Below, piece by piece: positions 57,633 to 64,000 of a stretch of DNA of 64,000 nt. The notes beneath the pieces were generated by a model that saw only the letters and a program-made list of their open reading frames with translations, was not told the origin of the DNA and made no database searches. Source of the DNA: a virus; IMG/VR virus record IMGVR_UViG_3300029448_000015, positions 1 through 64,000 of that record. One strand, 5' to 3'. A program made the position numbers and the translations under genes. Numbering within the stretch: the first letter of the stretch is position 1; every line of letters starts with the position of its first letter.

Positions 57633-57822
57633 AATAAAAAGGCAGGTGGTACTAAATATATACAGGGGAAGGAATTTATATATTTAATACCTTTAGGACT
57701 CTGCCTAGCCCTTTATTAATTAGTGGTAGAGTGATACTTTAACCATTATGATAAGGTTCTTATTAAGTTAAAGTATCTAAAGAGATCTACCAATCCCTGC
57801 AGGAGGTCAATAAGAACCTTTA
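57633..57822 (-). ncRNA. Candidate structured ncRNA / leader
   Basis: Own promoter, several 6-15 bp helices with G-U wobbles favouring the - strand, ends in a U tract. Confidence 0.45.
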
Positions 57823-57825
57823 AAT

Positions 57826-57856
57826 ATTATAATCATGTAAGTATGTAACTTGTCAA
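57826..57856 (-). promoter_or_regulatory. Sigma70-like promoter
   Basis: TTGACA-N19-TATAAT. Confidence 0.55.
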
Positions 57857-57859
57857 CTA

Positions 57860-58501
57860 CTATAAAGAATTATTTAACATCCTTTCTCTGCTTAATATCC
57901 TGTCAATATAGTTAATAGATTTTAAAGAAATAATTTTATTTTTACTTACTTTAGTTGGCCCTTCAAAGTAAGCTGCTAAAGCTAATAATTTACTATTAAA
58001 TCTATCTTCAAGCATTGCTAGATATTTAGCTCCTAAGTCTATGTTTTTACAAGGATTATATAACTCTTCTATGTTAGTAATCCCTAACTCTTGGGCAGTT
58101 ATGGGCCATTTAATTTGCATTAACCCAATAGCATTTGCAGAGGATTTTGCTAAAGGATTAAAACTACTCTCTACACTTGCAATAGCTGCTAAATATTCTG
58201 GATCCATCCCATATCTTTCAGCAGTAATTACAAAACATTTTTTATATGGGTAAGTGTTAACAATAGGGTCAGGTATAGAAATTAAACAAGGTTTTCCGTG
58301 TATACTTTCCAATTTTTCTATTGTTAAACCTTTCCAATTTGGAATAGCTGTATTACAAACATTATCAGCGTAGATTTTTTCCATTAAAACTTCATGTTTA
58401 TAATCAGATTCGCACCCACTTAGTAAAAAAAAAATTAATAAAACTAAAACAGTTAATGGGTAAATAGATAAAGCTATTTTAAAAACATTTTTAGTTTTCA
58501 T
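57860..58501 (-). CDS. Lipoprotein lytic transglycosylase (SLT domain)
   Basis: Signal peptide with lipobox LSGC; AIA.VES.FNP.A.S...A.GLMQI, NI..GA.YL, ALAAY. Confidence 0.85.
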   Translation of the reverse strand: MKTKNVFKIALSIYPLTVLVLLIFFLLSGCESDYKHEVLMEKIYADNVCNTAIPNWKGLTIEKLESIHGKPCLISIPDPIVNTYPYKKCFVITAERYGMDPEYLAAIASVESSFNPLAKSSANAIGLMQIKWPITAQELGITNIEELYNPCKNIDLGAKYLAMLEDRFNSKLLALAAYFEGPTKVSKNKIISLKSINYIDRILSRERMLNNSL

Positions 58502-58766
58502 TATTCCCCCTCATAAGTTGTTGTTGTTCTGTTGGCGTTAAACATTCTTCGTGAACTCGCCATGCTTGATCCTCGAACGCTTCTACTCCGCATTGGTTCG
58601 CGGTGATGTCTTCGTCTAATGGAATCAGCTTGTCACATCTGTCACAGTCTAGTTCCATGCATTTTGCACATGAATACCCATTGTCCGAAGGGATGCGATT
58701 AACAAATCGACCATTACCAAACGAAGTATCTTCTCCGCAATGCACACAGTTGTTATCCATTTTCAT
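58491..58766 (-). CDS. Cys-rich zinc-binding protein
   Basis: CVHCG.DT.FG.GRFVNRIP, CxxC x3. Confidence 0.7.
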   Translation of the reverse strand: MKMDNNCVHCGEDTSFGNGRFVNRIPSDNGYSCAKCMELDCDRCDKLIPLDEDITANQCGVEAFEDQAWRVHEECLTPTEQQQLMRGNNEN

Positions 58767-58897
58767 CTTAGTTCTTCCTCATCTGGATTTTCATCTAGAA
58801 CAAAACAAATTTTTATTTCTGGCATATTATCACCTTCTATAAACCATGTTTTATCTGGACAGGTTCCCATCCATTCCCATAATTCGGATCTGGTCAT
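58763..58897 (-). CDS. 44-aa hypothetical protein
   Basis: SD ggaggt; MTRSELWEWM.TCP. Confidence 0.55.
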   Translation of the reverse strand: MTRSELWEWMGTCPDKTWFIEGDNMPEIKICFVLDENPDEEELR

Positions 58898-58922
58898 ATT
58901 ATTACCTCCATTAAATTAAAGG

Positions 58923-58951
58923 GCGTTACTAGGGAGTTAACCTAGTAACGC
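58923..58951 (-). terminator. Stem-loop / probable terminator
   Basis: 11-bp perfect stem gcgttactagg / cctagtaacgc. Confidence 0.6.
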
Positions 58952-58959
58952 TTTAGAAT

Positions 58960-59334
58960 TTAAATATTAATCTGTGTACCATCCGGCATTGAGCCATTAT
59001 TAAAATCAGTATTCAGACTTACTGTGTTACCATTCCAAGGTAATACTTCATCAGCAGTTGATACAAACCATTGCCAATTTTTTTGGAATATACCTACATT
59101 AGGAGCAAATTCAGAACATATAGCGTTTAATCTAGATTTAGTAGTATTACTTTGAAAACCCCCATCTACTAGCCAGATCTCATTGTTATTACAATCAAAT
59201 TCAGCTATTAAATTATCATGTAAAAATACTTTAGTACCATCATCATTAGGTAATATTTCAACCCTAGTATTATTTAAACTAAAGTTTGTTCTAGATTTTA
59301 TTGCCATATTCATCATCTTTTCTATTAATCTCAT
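58960..59334 (-). CDS. Conserved phage hypothetical early protein
   Basis: V.LH.N.IA...DGG.QS.TTKSRLNA...FQK.W.W family pattern. Confidence 0.75.
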   Translation of the reverse strand: MRLIEKMMNMAIKSRTNFSLNNTRVEILPNDDGTKVFLHDNLIAEFDCNNNEIWLVDGGFQSNTTKSRLNAICSEFAPNVGIFQKNWQWFVSTADEVLPWNGNTVSLNTDFNNGSMPDGTQINI

Positions 59335-59351
59335 AATCAGCCTCCACAGCT

Positions 59352-59407
59352 TAAAAGGATTTATGTAAGTCTTTCACTACGTAAAAGACTTACTAAATCT
59401 TTTATAT
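59352..59407. repeat. Intergenic hairpin, family member 2
   Basis: 59358-59407 is identical over 50 bp to 59987-60036. Confidence 0.9.
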
Positions 59408-59617
59408 TTATTTAACTTTAACAATTACATCGTCTTTTAAAGTAACTTGACCAAACCATTCTCTCCCTAGTCCAGTCATATGAGGTCTATTACATACAGT
59501 AAGCTCCCCATTAGATTGATATTCAAGACCAAACATAGAAGTCTCTTCATAGCTAAGTCGCTGACCTATGTGTTCCTTCATGTTTTTCTTAGATGGATAT
59601 AGTGCTAGTAATGTCAT
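59408..59617 (-). CDS. Conserved small phage protein (YPSKK..KE.IG..L.Y.ETSMFG.EY)
   Basis: Strong SD; recognisable motif. Confidence 0.7.
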   Translation of the reverse strand: MTLLALYPSKKNMKEHIGQRLSYEETSMFGLEYQSNGELTVCNRPHMTGLGREWFGQVTLKDDVIVKVK

Positions 59618-59638
59618 ACTTTGCCTCCTACGGCTTAT

Positions 59639-59809
59639 TTAAATTAATTGATCTATATCTTGCATGATATCTTCCGCTTCACTTTGAAGCTTTCTAATTT
59701 TATTTATTAAAATATCACTATCCCTAATATTATTAAGTAAGTCTTGATACAGTTCTTCACAGTATGCTTGTAAATTTTCAAGGTTTTCTTGATCTTGATG
59801 ATTACTCAT
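59639..59809 (-). CDS. Hypothetical coiled-coil protein
   Basis: SD aggag before MSNHQ. Confidence 0.6.
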   Translation of the reverse strand: MSNHQDQENLENLQAYCEELYQDLLNNIRDSDILINKIRKLQSEAEDIMQDIDQLI

Positions 59810-59825
59810 AATTGCTCCTAATGAA

Positions 59826-59963
59826 TTAGTGATTAATAACCTTACGATCTGCATGGATATTAACAGGACAGTCATTAGGTTTATTTCTAATTTCATCAAT
59901 AGAAAATAAATCTATAACAGCATTGTCTGCAAATATTTCTTCTTGGATTTCTTCTATACTCAT
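59826..59963 (-). CDS. 45-aa hypothetical protein (not in ORF track)
   Basis: Preceded by the family hairpin and GCCGTAGGAGGC RBS. Confidence 0.6.
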   Translation of the reverse strand: MSIEEIQEEIFADNAVIDLFSIDEIRNKPNDCPVNIHADRKVINH

Positions 59964-59986
59964 AATTTGCCTCCTACGGCTTAAAT

Positions 59987-60036
59987 GATTTATGTAAGTC
60001 TTTCACTACGTAAAAGACTTACTAAATCTTTTATAT
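59987..60036. repeat. Intergenic hairpin, family member 3
   Basis: Identical to 59358-59407. Confidence 0.9.
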
Positions 60037-60044
60037 ATATATAT

Positions 60045-60317
60045 TTAAATAATACTAATATGACCAGTAAGTTTTACGTATTGTTTATTGAAATTAATAC
60101 ATTCTTTTTTTGGCAATTTTTCCTTTATTAAAAATAAACGATTGAATAACTTTTCTTCTTTTCTGTCTTGACGTTCCTTTTTTCTGTAACCAGAGGCACT
60201 ATATTCATCTTCGGTATCCCAAACTCTTAGGTGTTCATCTAAGAGATTCTCGTACTGACAATGTAATTTATACAGGCGATTAATTTTGTTTGTATACTTT
60301 GGATTTAATGCTTCCAT
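60045..60317 (-). CDS. Hypothetical early protein
   Basis: Strong SD and promoter. Confidence 0.65.
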   Translation of the reverse strand: MEALNPKYTNKINRLYKLHCQYENLLDEHLRVWDTEDEYSASGYRKKERQDRKEEKLFNRLFLIKEKLPKKECINFNKQYVKLTGHISII

Positions 60318-60347
60318 AATTGCCTCCTACGGCATTTGCGTTGAATT

Positions 60348-60378
60348 ATTATAAACACAGTTAAATGTAATATGTCAA
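60348..60378 (-). promoter_or_regulatory. Sigma70-like early promoter
   Basis: TTGACA-N19-TATAAT. Confidence 0.55.
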
Positions 60379-60386
60379 CTACCTAA

Positions 60387-60590
60387 TTAATGAAATATGC
60401 CAGAATTAAATCCAACAAATAAAACTGATACTGTAAAAATTATTGGCAATATAATTGATACTAAAAACTGTTCTCTGTATCTTTCAGCTTTACATCGAAC
60501 AGCAAAACGAGGTGAAGTTTTTATTACAAAATAAACTGTAGCCATTGTTATTGAAAATGTAACCAGTGAACATAATATTAATTCGATCAT
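60387..60590 (-). CDS. Two-TM membrane protein
   Basis: Two hydrophobic helices; SD in hairpin. Confidence 0.6.
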   Translation of the reverse strand: MIELILCSLVTFSITMATVYFVIKTSPRFAVRCKAERYREQFLVSIILPIIFTVSVLFVGFNSGIFH

Positions 60591-60612
60591 ATCGGTAAAA
60601 CTCCTGCAGTTT

Positions 60613-60664
60613 TAAAAGGATTTAATAAGTCTTTCACTACGTAAAAGACTTATAAAATCTTTTA
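60613..60664. repeat. Intergenic hairpin, family member 4
   Basis: taagtctttcactacgtaaaagactta core shared with members 2 and 3. Confidence 0.9.
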
Positions 60665-60667
60665 TTA

Positions 60668-60703
60668 ATTAAAATTTGGGAGGCTATCAAAGGATAACCT
60701 CCC
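60668..60703 (-). terminator. Probable terminator after the first early gene
   Basis: gggagg(t)tatc / gata(g)cctccc stem followed by an AT run. Confidence 0.55.
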
Positions 60704-60711
60704 GTTTAAAG

Positions 60712-61128
60712 CTACTTTGTTAGTAGCTTCTGAAGAAGATCTTTAATATCGTTTTGTGTTTCTTCGATATTATTCATTCGTTCTTCTAGACCTTTGAGTC
60801 GGCCTGTGGGTGAAGTTTTCACTTCTTGAACTTCTTGAACTTCTTGAACCTTCGCTTTCGCTTTGGAAGCTTTCGGAGTTGATTTTAATTTCACGGGGAT
60901 TAATTCTTTATTTGAAATCGCAAGGAACTCTTTAATATCACCCTGAGTAACAAATTGGTTATTGTTACTTGCATTTGCAATCAAACCTGCCCGAAATGAG
61001 CGTGAAGTCCAATATCTCTTAGGATCATTTTGTTTGATTCCGATCAAATCACAAAAGTGATGAGCTACCAACCATACAGCTTTTTGGTTTGCAGGATATG
61101 ACGAGTAATCGATTGTTGAATTTTCCAT
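60712..61128 (-). CDS. First early protein, hypothetical (VQE x3 repeat)
   Basis: Strong SD; A..KAVW.VA.HF motif. Confidence 0.65.
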   Translation of the reverse strand: MENSTIDYSSYPANQKAVWLVAHHFCDLIGIKQNDPKRYWTSRSFRAGLIANASNNNQFVTQGDIKEFLAISNKELIPVKLKSTPKASKAKAKVQEVQEVQEVKTSPTGRLKGLEERMNNIEETQNDIKDLLQKLLTK

Positions 61129-61163
61129 AATTTGCCTCCTTCGGCAGTTTTAAAAGTTACTAA

Positions 61164-61211
61164 GTCTTTTTACGCTCTTCTTACATAAAGAGTAAGAAGA
61201 GCTAAAAAGAC
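61164..61211. repeat. Intergenic hairpin, divergent family member 5
   Basis: gtcttttta.gctcttcttac / gtaagaagagctaaaaagac. Confidence 0.75.
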
Positions 61212-61249
61212 GTAAGGCTCCAGAGCATCGTCATCGTCATGGGGGAATC

Positions 61250-61760
61250 AAAGGGGGAAAGGTTTTAAAGATCAGTTAATCTTGGTAAATCTTTAGAACC
61301 TAAAAGAATTGATCAAAAGAAAAAAGAAAATCTTTTAAGTTTTTGAAACTTAAAAGATTTTAGAAGTTTTAAAGTAATTTAAGTTTACATTTAAATTCTT
61401 TAAAACTTTATCAAGTTCTTAAAAACTTTTACTTTAAAAGTTTTTAAAACTTTAAAAGATTATAAATCTTTTAAATCTTGAACTCTGTCTCAGAAATTTT
61501 AAAAGACTTGAAAGACTTTTAAGTATTAAAAGTCTTTCAAAGGCTTCCAAAGTTTAAAGGGGTAGGCAGGTGACCATGCCCCCACCCTACTATATATACT
61601 AATACTCATACATTTTTAGAAACTTTGAAATGTCAACAAGACTACAAAGACTACAAGGGGAGGAGGAAGGTTTTATAAGTTTATAGATTTATAAGATTTT
61701 TGTCGGGGCTTTTAAAGTCTTTAAAGTCTTAATTAACTTACTACTAAATTAACTTACACA
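61250..61760. repeat. Low-complexity TTTAAAAG / AAGTCTTT array in the divergent non-coding region (probable genome end or origin)
   Basis: Many imperfect tttaaa(a)g, aaagactt and aagtcttt units between the two arms. Confidence 0.6.
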
Positions 61761-61807
61761 AGCTGTTTGCGTATTGTAGAGTCATAATTGAGAATTGTCA
61801 ATACAAG

Positions 61808-61836
61808 TTGACAGATCTCAATTATATCTCTATAAT
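61808..61836 (+). promoter_or_regulatory. Consensus sigma70 promoter for the late arm
   Basis: TTGACA-N17-TATAAT. Confidence 0.8.
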
Positions 61837-61845
61837 TTATCCATA

Positions 61846-62235
61846 ATGTCTAAAAAAGAATTAACAACTAAACAACAATGTTTCTTAGACCATCTTGTTA
61901 AAACAGGAGGTGATCCAAAGTCTGCTGCGGAGTTGGCTGGATATAGTAATCATTATCAAGTTGTACATTCCTTAAAAAGGGAAATATTAGACTTAGCTGA
62001 AGGTATTTTAGCTCAGTCGGCTCCCCAAGCGGCTTTTAGACTTGTTCATGTAATGAACTCTGATACACCTATACCTCAAGCTAATATGCGTTTACAAGCA
62101 GCACAAACTATATTAGATAGAGTAGGTTTAGCTAAAACAGATCGAGTAGATGTTACTCATAAAACTGAAAATGGTTTATTTATTTTACCTGCTAAGAAGG
62201 ACACAGTTATTGATGGAGAATACAAGGAAGCTTAA
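61846..62235 (+). CDS. Terminase small subunit
   Basis: LT.KQ..FL......G....AAELAGYS HTH; AA..ILDRVG. Confidence 0.8.
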   Translation: MSKKELTTKQQCFLDHLVKTGGDPKSAAELAGYSNHYQVVHSLKREILDLAEGILAQSAPQAAFRLVHVMNSDTPIPQANMRLQAAQTILDRVGLAKTDRVDVTHKTENGLFILPAKKDTVIDGEYKEA

Positions 62236-62440
62236 AGGTCGAATACCTTTTGGATATGAAAAAGATCCAGAAGATATAAAACTTTTACAGCCCATACCAG
62301 AACAACTAGAAGTTTTAGAAGAAATAAAAAGTATGGTTAAAAATAAAGTTTTATCCCTACGTGAGGGTTCTTCTTGGATAGAGCATAAAACAGGTAGAAG
62401 TCTAAGTTATCAAGGCTTAAAAAATCTTATTGATGGATAA
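62213..62440 (+). CDS. Small HTH DNA-binding protein
   Basis: IPFGY...L.PIP.QL..L...SLRE...W....TGR.LS..GL. Confidence 0.65.
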   Translation: MENTRKLKGRIPFGYEKDPEDIKLLQPIPEQLEVLEEIKSMVKNKVLSLREGSSWIEHKTGRSLSYQGLKNLIDG

Positions 62441-64000
62441 TTGGGAAAGTAATCCTGAAAGATATTTAAAGGATGAAGAAGGTAATTTCCTTTTAAAGAA
62501 GGATGGAACCCCTAAGAAGAAAGCAGGGAGGCTAAAAGGTTCTAAAGGTCGGGGATATAATTACCATAGTAAAACTAAAGCTGAGTTAAGTGCTAAACGA
62601 TCCATCCGTTATAAAGAAAAAAAGATATCTCAAGCAGAATCTAAACTTAAAGCATATAAAAAGTCTTTAAAGAATACTAAAGAGACTATAAATAAATTAA
62701 ATAATAATGATGCTCCAAAAATTACAACGCCTGAAGAGTTGTCAAATACTCCTGAAAGTGTTCAAGAAGATGCGAATGTTATTTTTTCTCCTAATAAAGG
62801 GCCACAAGAAGATTTCTTAGCTGCAGGAGAGACAGATGTTTTATATGGTGGAGCAGCAGGAGGGGGTAAGTCTTATGCTATGTTGGTCGATCCACTCAGG
62901 TATGCACATAGGTCAGCACATAGGGCATTAATTCTTAGACGTTCTATGCCAGAACTTCGTGAGTTAATAGATAAATCGAGGGAGTTATATCCCAAAGCTT
63001 TTCCGGGTTGTAAATATAGAGAAGTAGAGAAGCTTTGGAATTTTCCTTCAGGGTCTAAAATAGAGTTTGGGTTTCTTGAGCGAGATGCAGATGTTTATCG
63101 TTACCAAGGACAAGCATACAGTTGGATAGGTTTTGATGAAATTACTCACCTACCTACTGAATTTTCTTGGAACTATCTAGCATCTAGGCTACGTACAACC
63201 GATAGTGAAATTGTACCTTATATGCGGTGTACGGCAAACCCCGGTGGGGTGGGGGCGCATTGGGTCAAAAAAAGGTACATTGACTCAGCCCCACCTAACC
63301 AAAGCTTTGAAGGTGAAGATGGACTTACAAGAAAGTTCATTCCTGCACGTTTAGAAGATAATCCTTACCTAGCTTATGATGGCAGGTATGAGCAAATGTT
63401 GAAAGCTCTACCACCTACACAACGTAGACAGCTATTAGAAGGTAATTGGGATGTTAATGAAGGGGCTGCATTTACTGAATTTAATTTAGATCACCATGTT
63501 ATTCCTCCTTTTGAAATACCTATAAATTGGGAAAGACTTAAAGGGATTGACTATGGCTATGCAAGTGAATCTGCTTGTGTATGGGTTGCAATAGATCCTA
63601 GCGATAGTACATTAATAGTATATCGTGAATTATATCGTAAAAATTTGACAGGTTTAGATTTGGCTCGTATACTATCAGAGATGGAGATTCCTGATCCTTT
63701 TTCTGTATCAGGAGTCTTAGACACAGCAGCTTGGAACAGAACAGGAACTACTGGCCCTACAGTAGGTGAAACCTTAGTACGTTACGGGCATAAACTGCGT
63801 AGATCAGATAAAAATAGAATACAGGGAAAGATTCAGATACACGAATACTTAAAATTACAACCTAGTGGCAGACCAAGATTACAAATATTTAATAGTTGCC
63901 CTAGTTTAATAAAAGAATTACAAAGTATTCCATTAGATAAATCTAACCCTGAAGATGTAGATACTAAAGCTCCAGATCATGCTTATGATGCTTTAAGGTA
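62433..64000 (+). CDS. terL: Terminase large subunit (3' truncated by window), with ~115-aa basic N-terminal extension
   Basis: Open frame from ATG 62433: GGAAGGGKS, GFDE.TH, TANPGG.G..WVK, GIDYGY, DHAYDALR. Confidence 0.92.
   Translation, partial: MDNWESNPERYLKDEEGNFLLKKDGTPKKKAGRLKGSKGRGYNYHSKTKAELSAKRSIRYKEKKISQAESKLKAYKKSLKNTKETINKLNNNDAPKITTPEELSNTPESVQEDANVIFSPNKGPQEDFLAAGETDVLYGGAAGGGKSYAMLVDPLRYAHRSAHRALILRRSMPELRELIDKSRELYPKAFPGCKYREVEKLWNFPSGSKIEFGFLERDADVYRYQGQAYSWIGFDEITHLPTEFSWNYLASRLRTTDSEIVPYMRCTANPGGVGAHWVKKRYIDSAPPNQSFEGEDGLTRKFIPARLEDNPYLAYDGRYEQMLKALPPTQRRQLLEGNWDVNEGAAFTEFNLDHHVIPPFEIPINWERLKGIDYGYASESACVWVAIDPSDSTLIVYRELYRKNLTGLDLARILSEMEIPDPFSVSGVLDTAAWNRTGTTGPTVGETLVRYGHKLRRSDKNRIQGKIQIHEYLKLQPSGRPRLQIFNSCPSLIKELQSIPLDKSNPEDVDTKAPDHAYDALR

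Larger units (their letters stand above)
33189..64000. mobile_element. Phage B: second, distinct podovirus-like genome (incomplete in window)
   Basis: Second divergent copy of polA, primase-helicase, exonuclease, endonuclease I, SSB and M15 lysin, plus a different terL family. Its portal and capsid are expected beyond 64000. Confidence 0.88.

Noticed and set aside
57633-57822. tRNA, tmRNA or known self-cleaving ribozyme
   Set aside because: No cloverleaf/T-loop, and hammerhead, HDV, pistol or twister core motifs could not be matched by eye; kept only as an unknown structured RNA
5215-58842. Other short ORFs lying antisense or out of frame within long genes (e.g. 5215, 7282, 9198, 14450, 16189, 22485, 23199, 27414, 44011, 58041, 58603)
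   Set aside because: No RBS, no conservation in the other phage, composition typical of shadow frames
59352-60664. CRISPR mini-array or integron attC array
   Set aside because: Repeats are ~600 bp apart with whole genes between them; no cas or integron integrase, and no GTTRRRY/RYYYAAC ends
1-64000. Tandem duplication of one phage, or prophages in a bacterial chromosome
   Set aside because: The two halves are strongly diverged with different terL families; no integrase, att/tRNA site or host genes were seen
1-64000. Alternative genetic code
   Set aside because: Core genes are uninterrupted under code 11, and TAA, TAG and TGA all serve as stops

Overview
AT-rich, all-phage sequence made of two different podovirus-type dsDNA phage genomes joined head-to-tail. 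No bacterial housekeeping genes, integrase, RNA polymerase, tRNA or CRISPR array were seen. Phage A (1-33188) is a complete circularly permuted ~33.2 kb genome. Its + arm carries terminase, portal, scaffold, capsid, tail, internal-virion and lysis genes. Its - arm carries early genes and a T7-like replisome (SSB, primase-helicase, PolA Tyr762 type, Cas4-like exonuclease, endonuclease I, DUF3310). Phage B (33189 to >64000) has the same two-arm layout and a homologous replisome, but a different terminase family and largely different virion proteins. The window ends inside its terL. The join is a 77-bp exact repeat (1-77 = 33189-33265) inside a shared small gene, which suggests an assembly figure-8 (k=77) or a real cointegrate. 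Most notable signals: (i) a conserved ~82-aa gene with its own Shine-Dalgarno nested in the +1 frame of both polA genes; (ii) two SlmA-consensus palindromes in phage A's control region; (iii) a family of conserved long hairpins plus GGA-loop RBS hairpins in front of phage B early genes; (iv) a promoter-driven ~190-nt pseudoknotted ncRNA candidate; (v) an early lipoprotein lytic transglycosylase; (vi) a pool of microgenes shared by both phages at non-syntenic positions. All family assignments come from motif recognition by eye, not from database searches.
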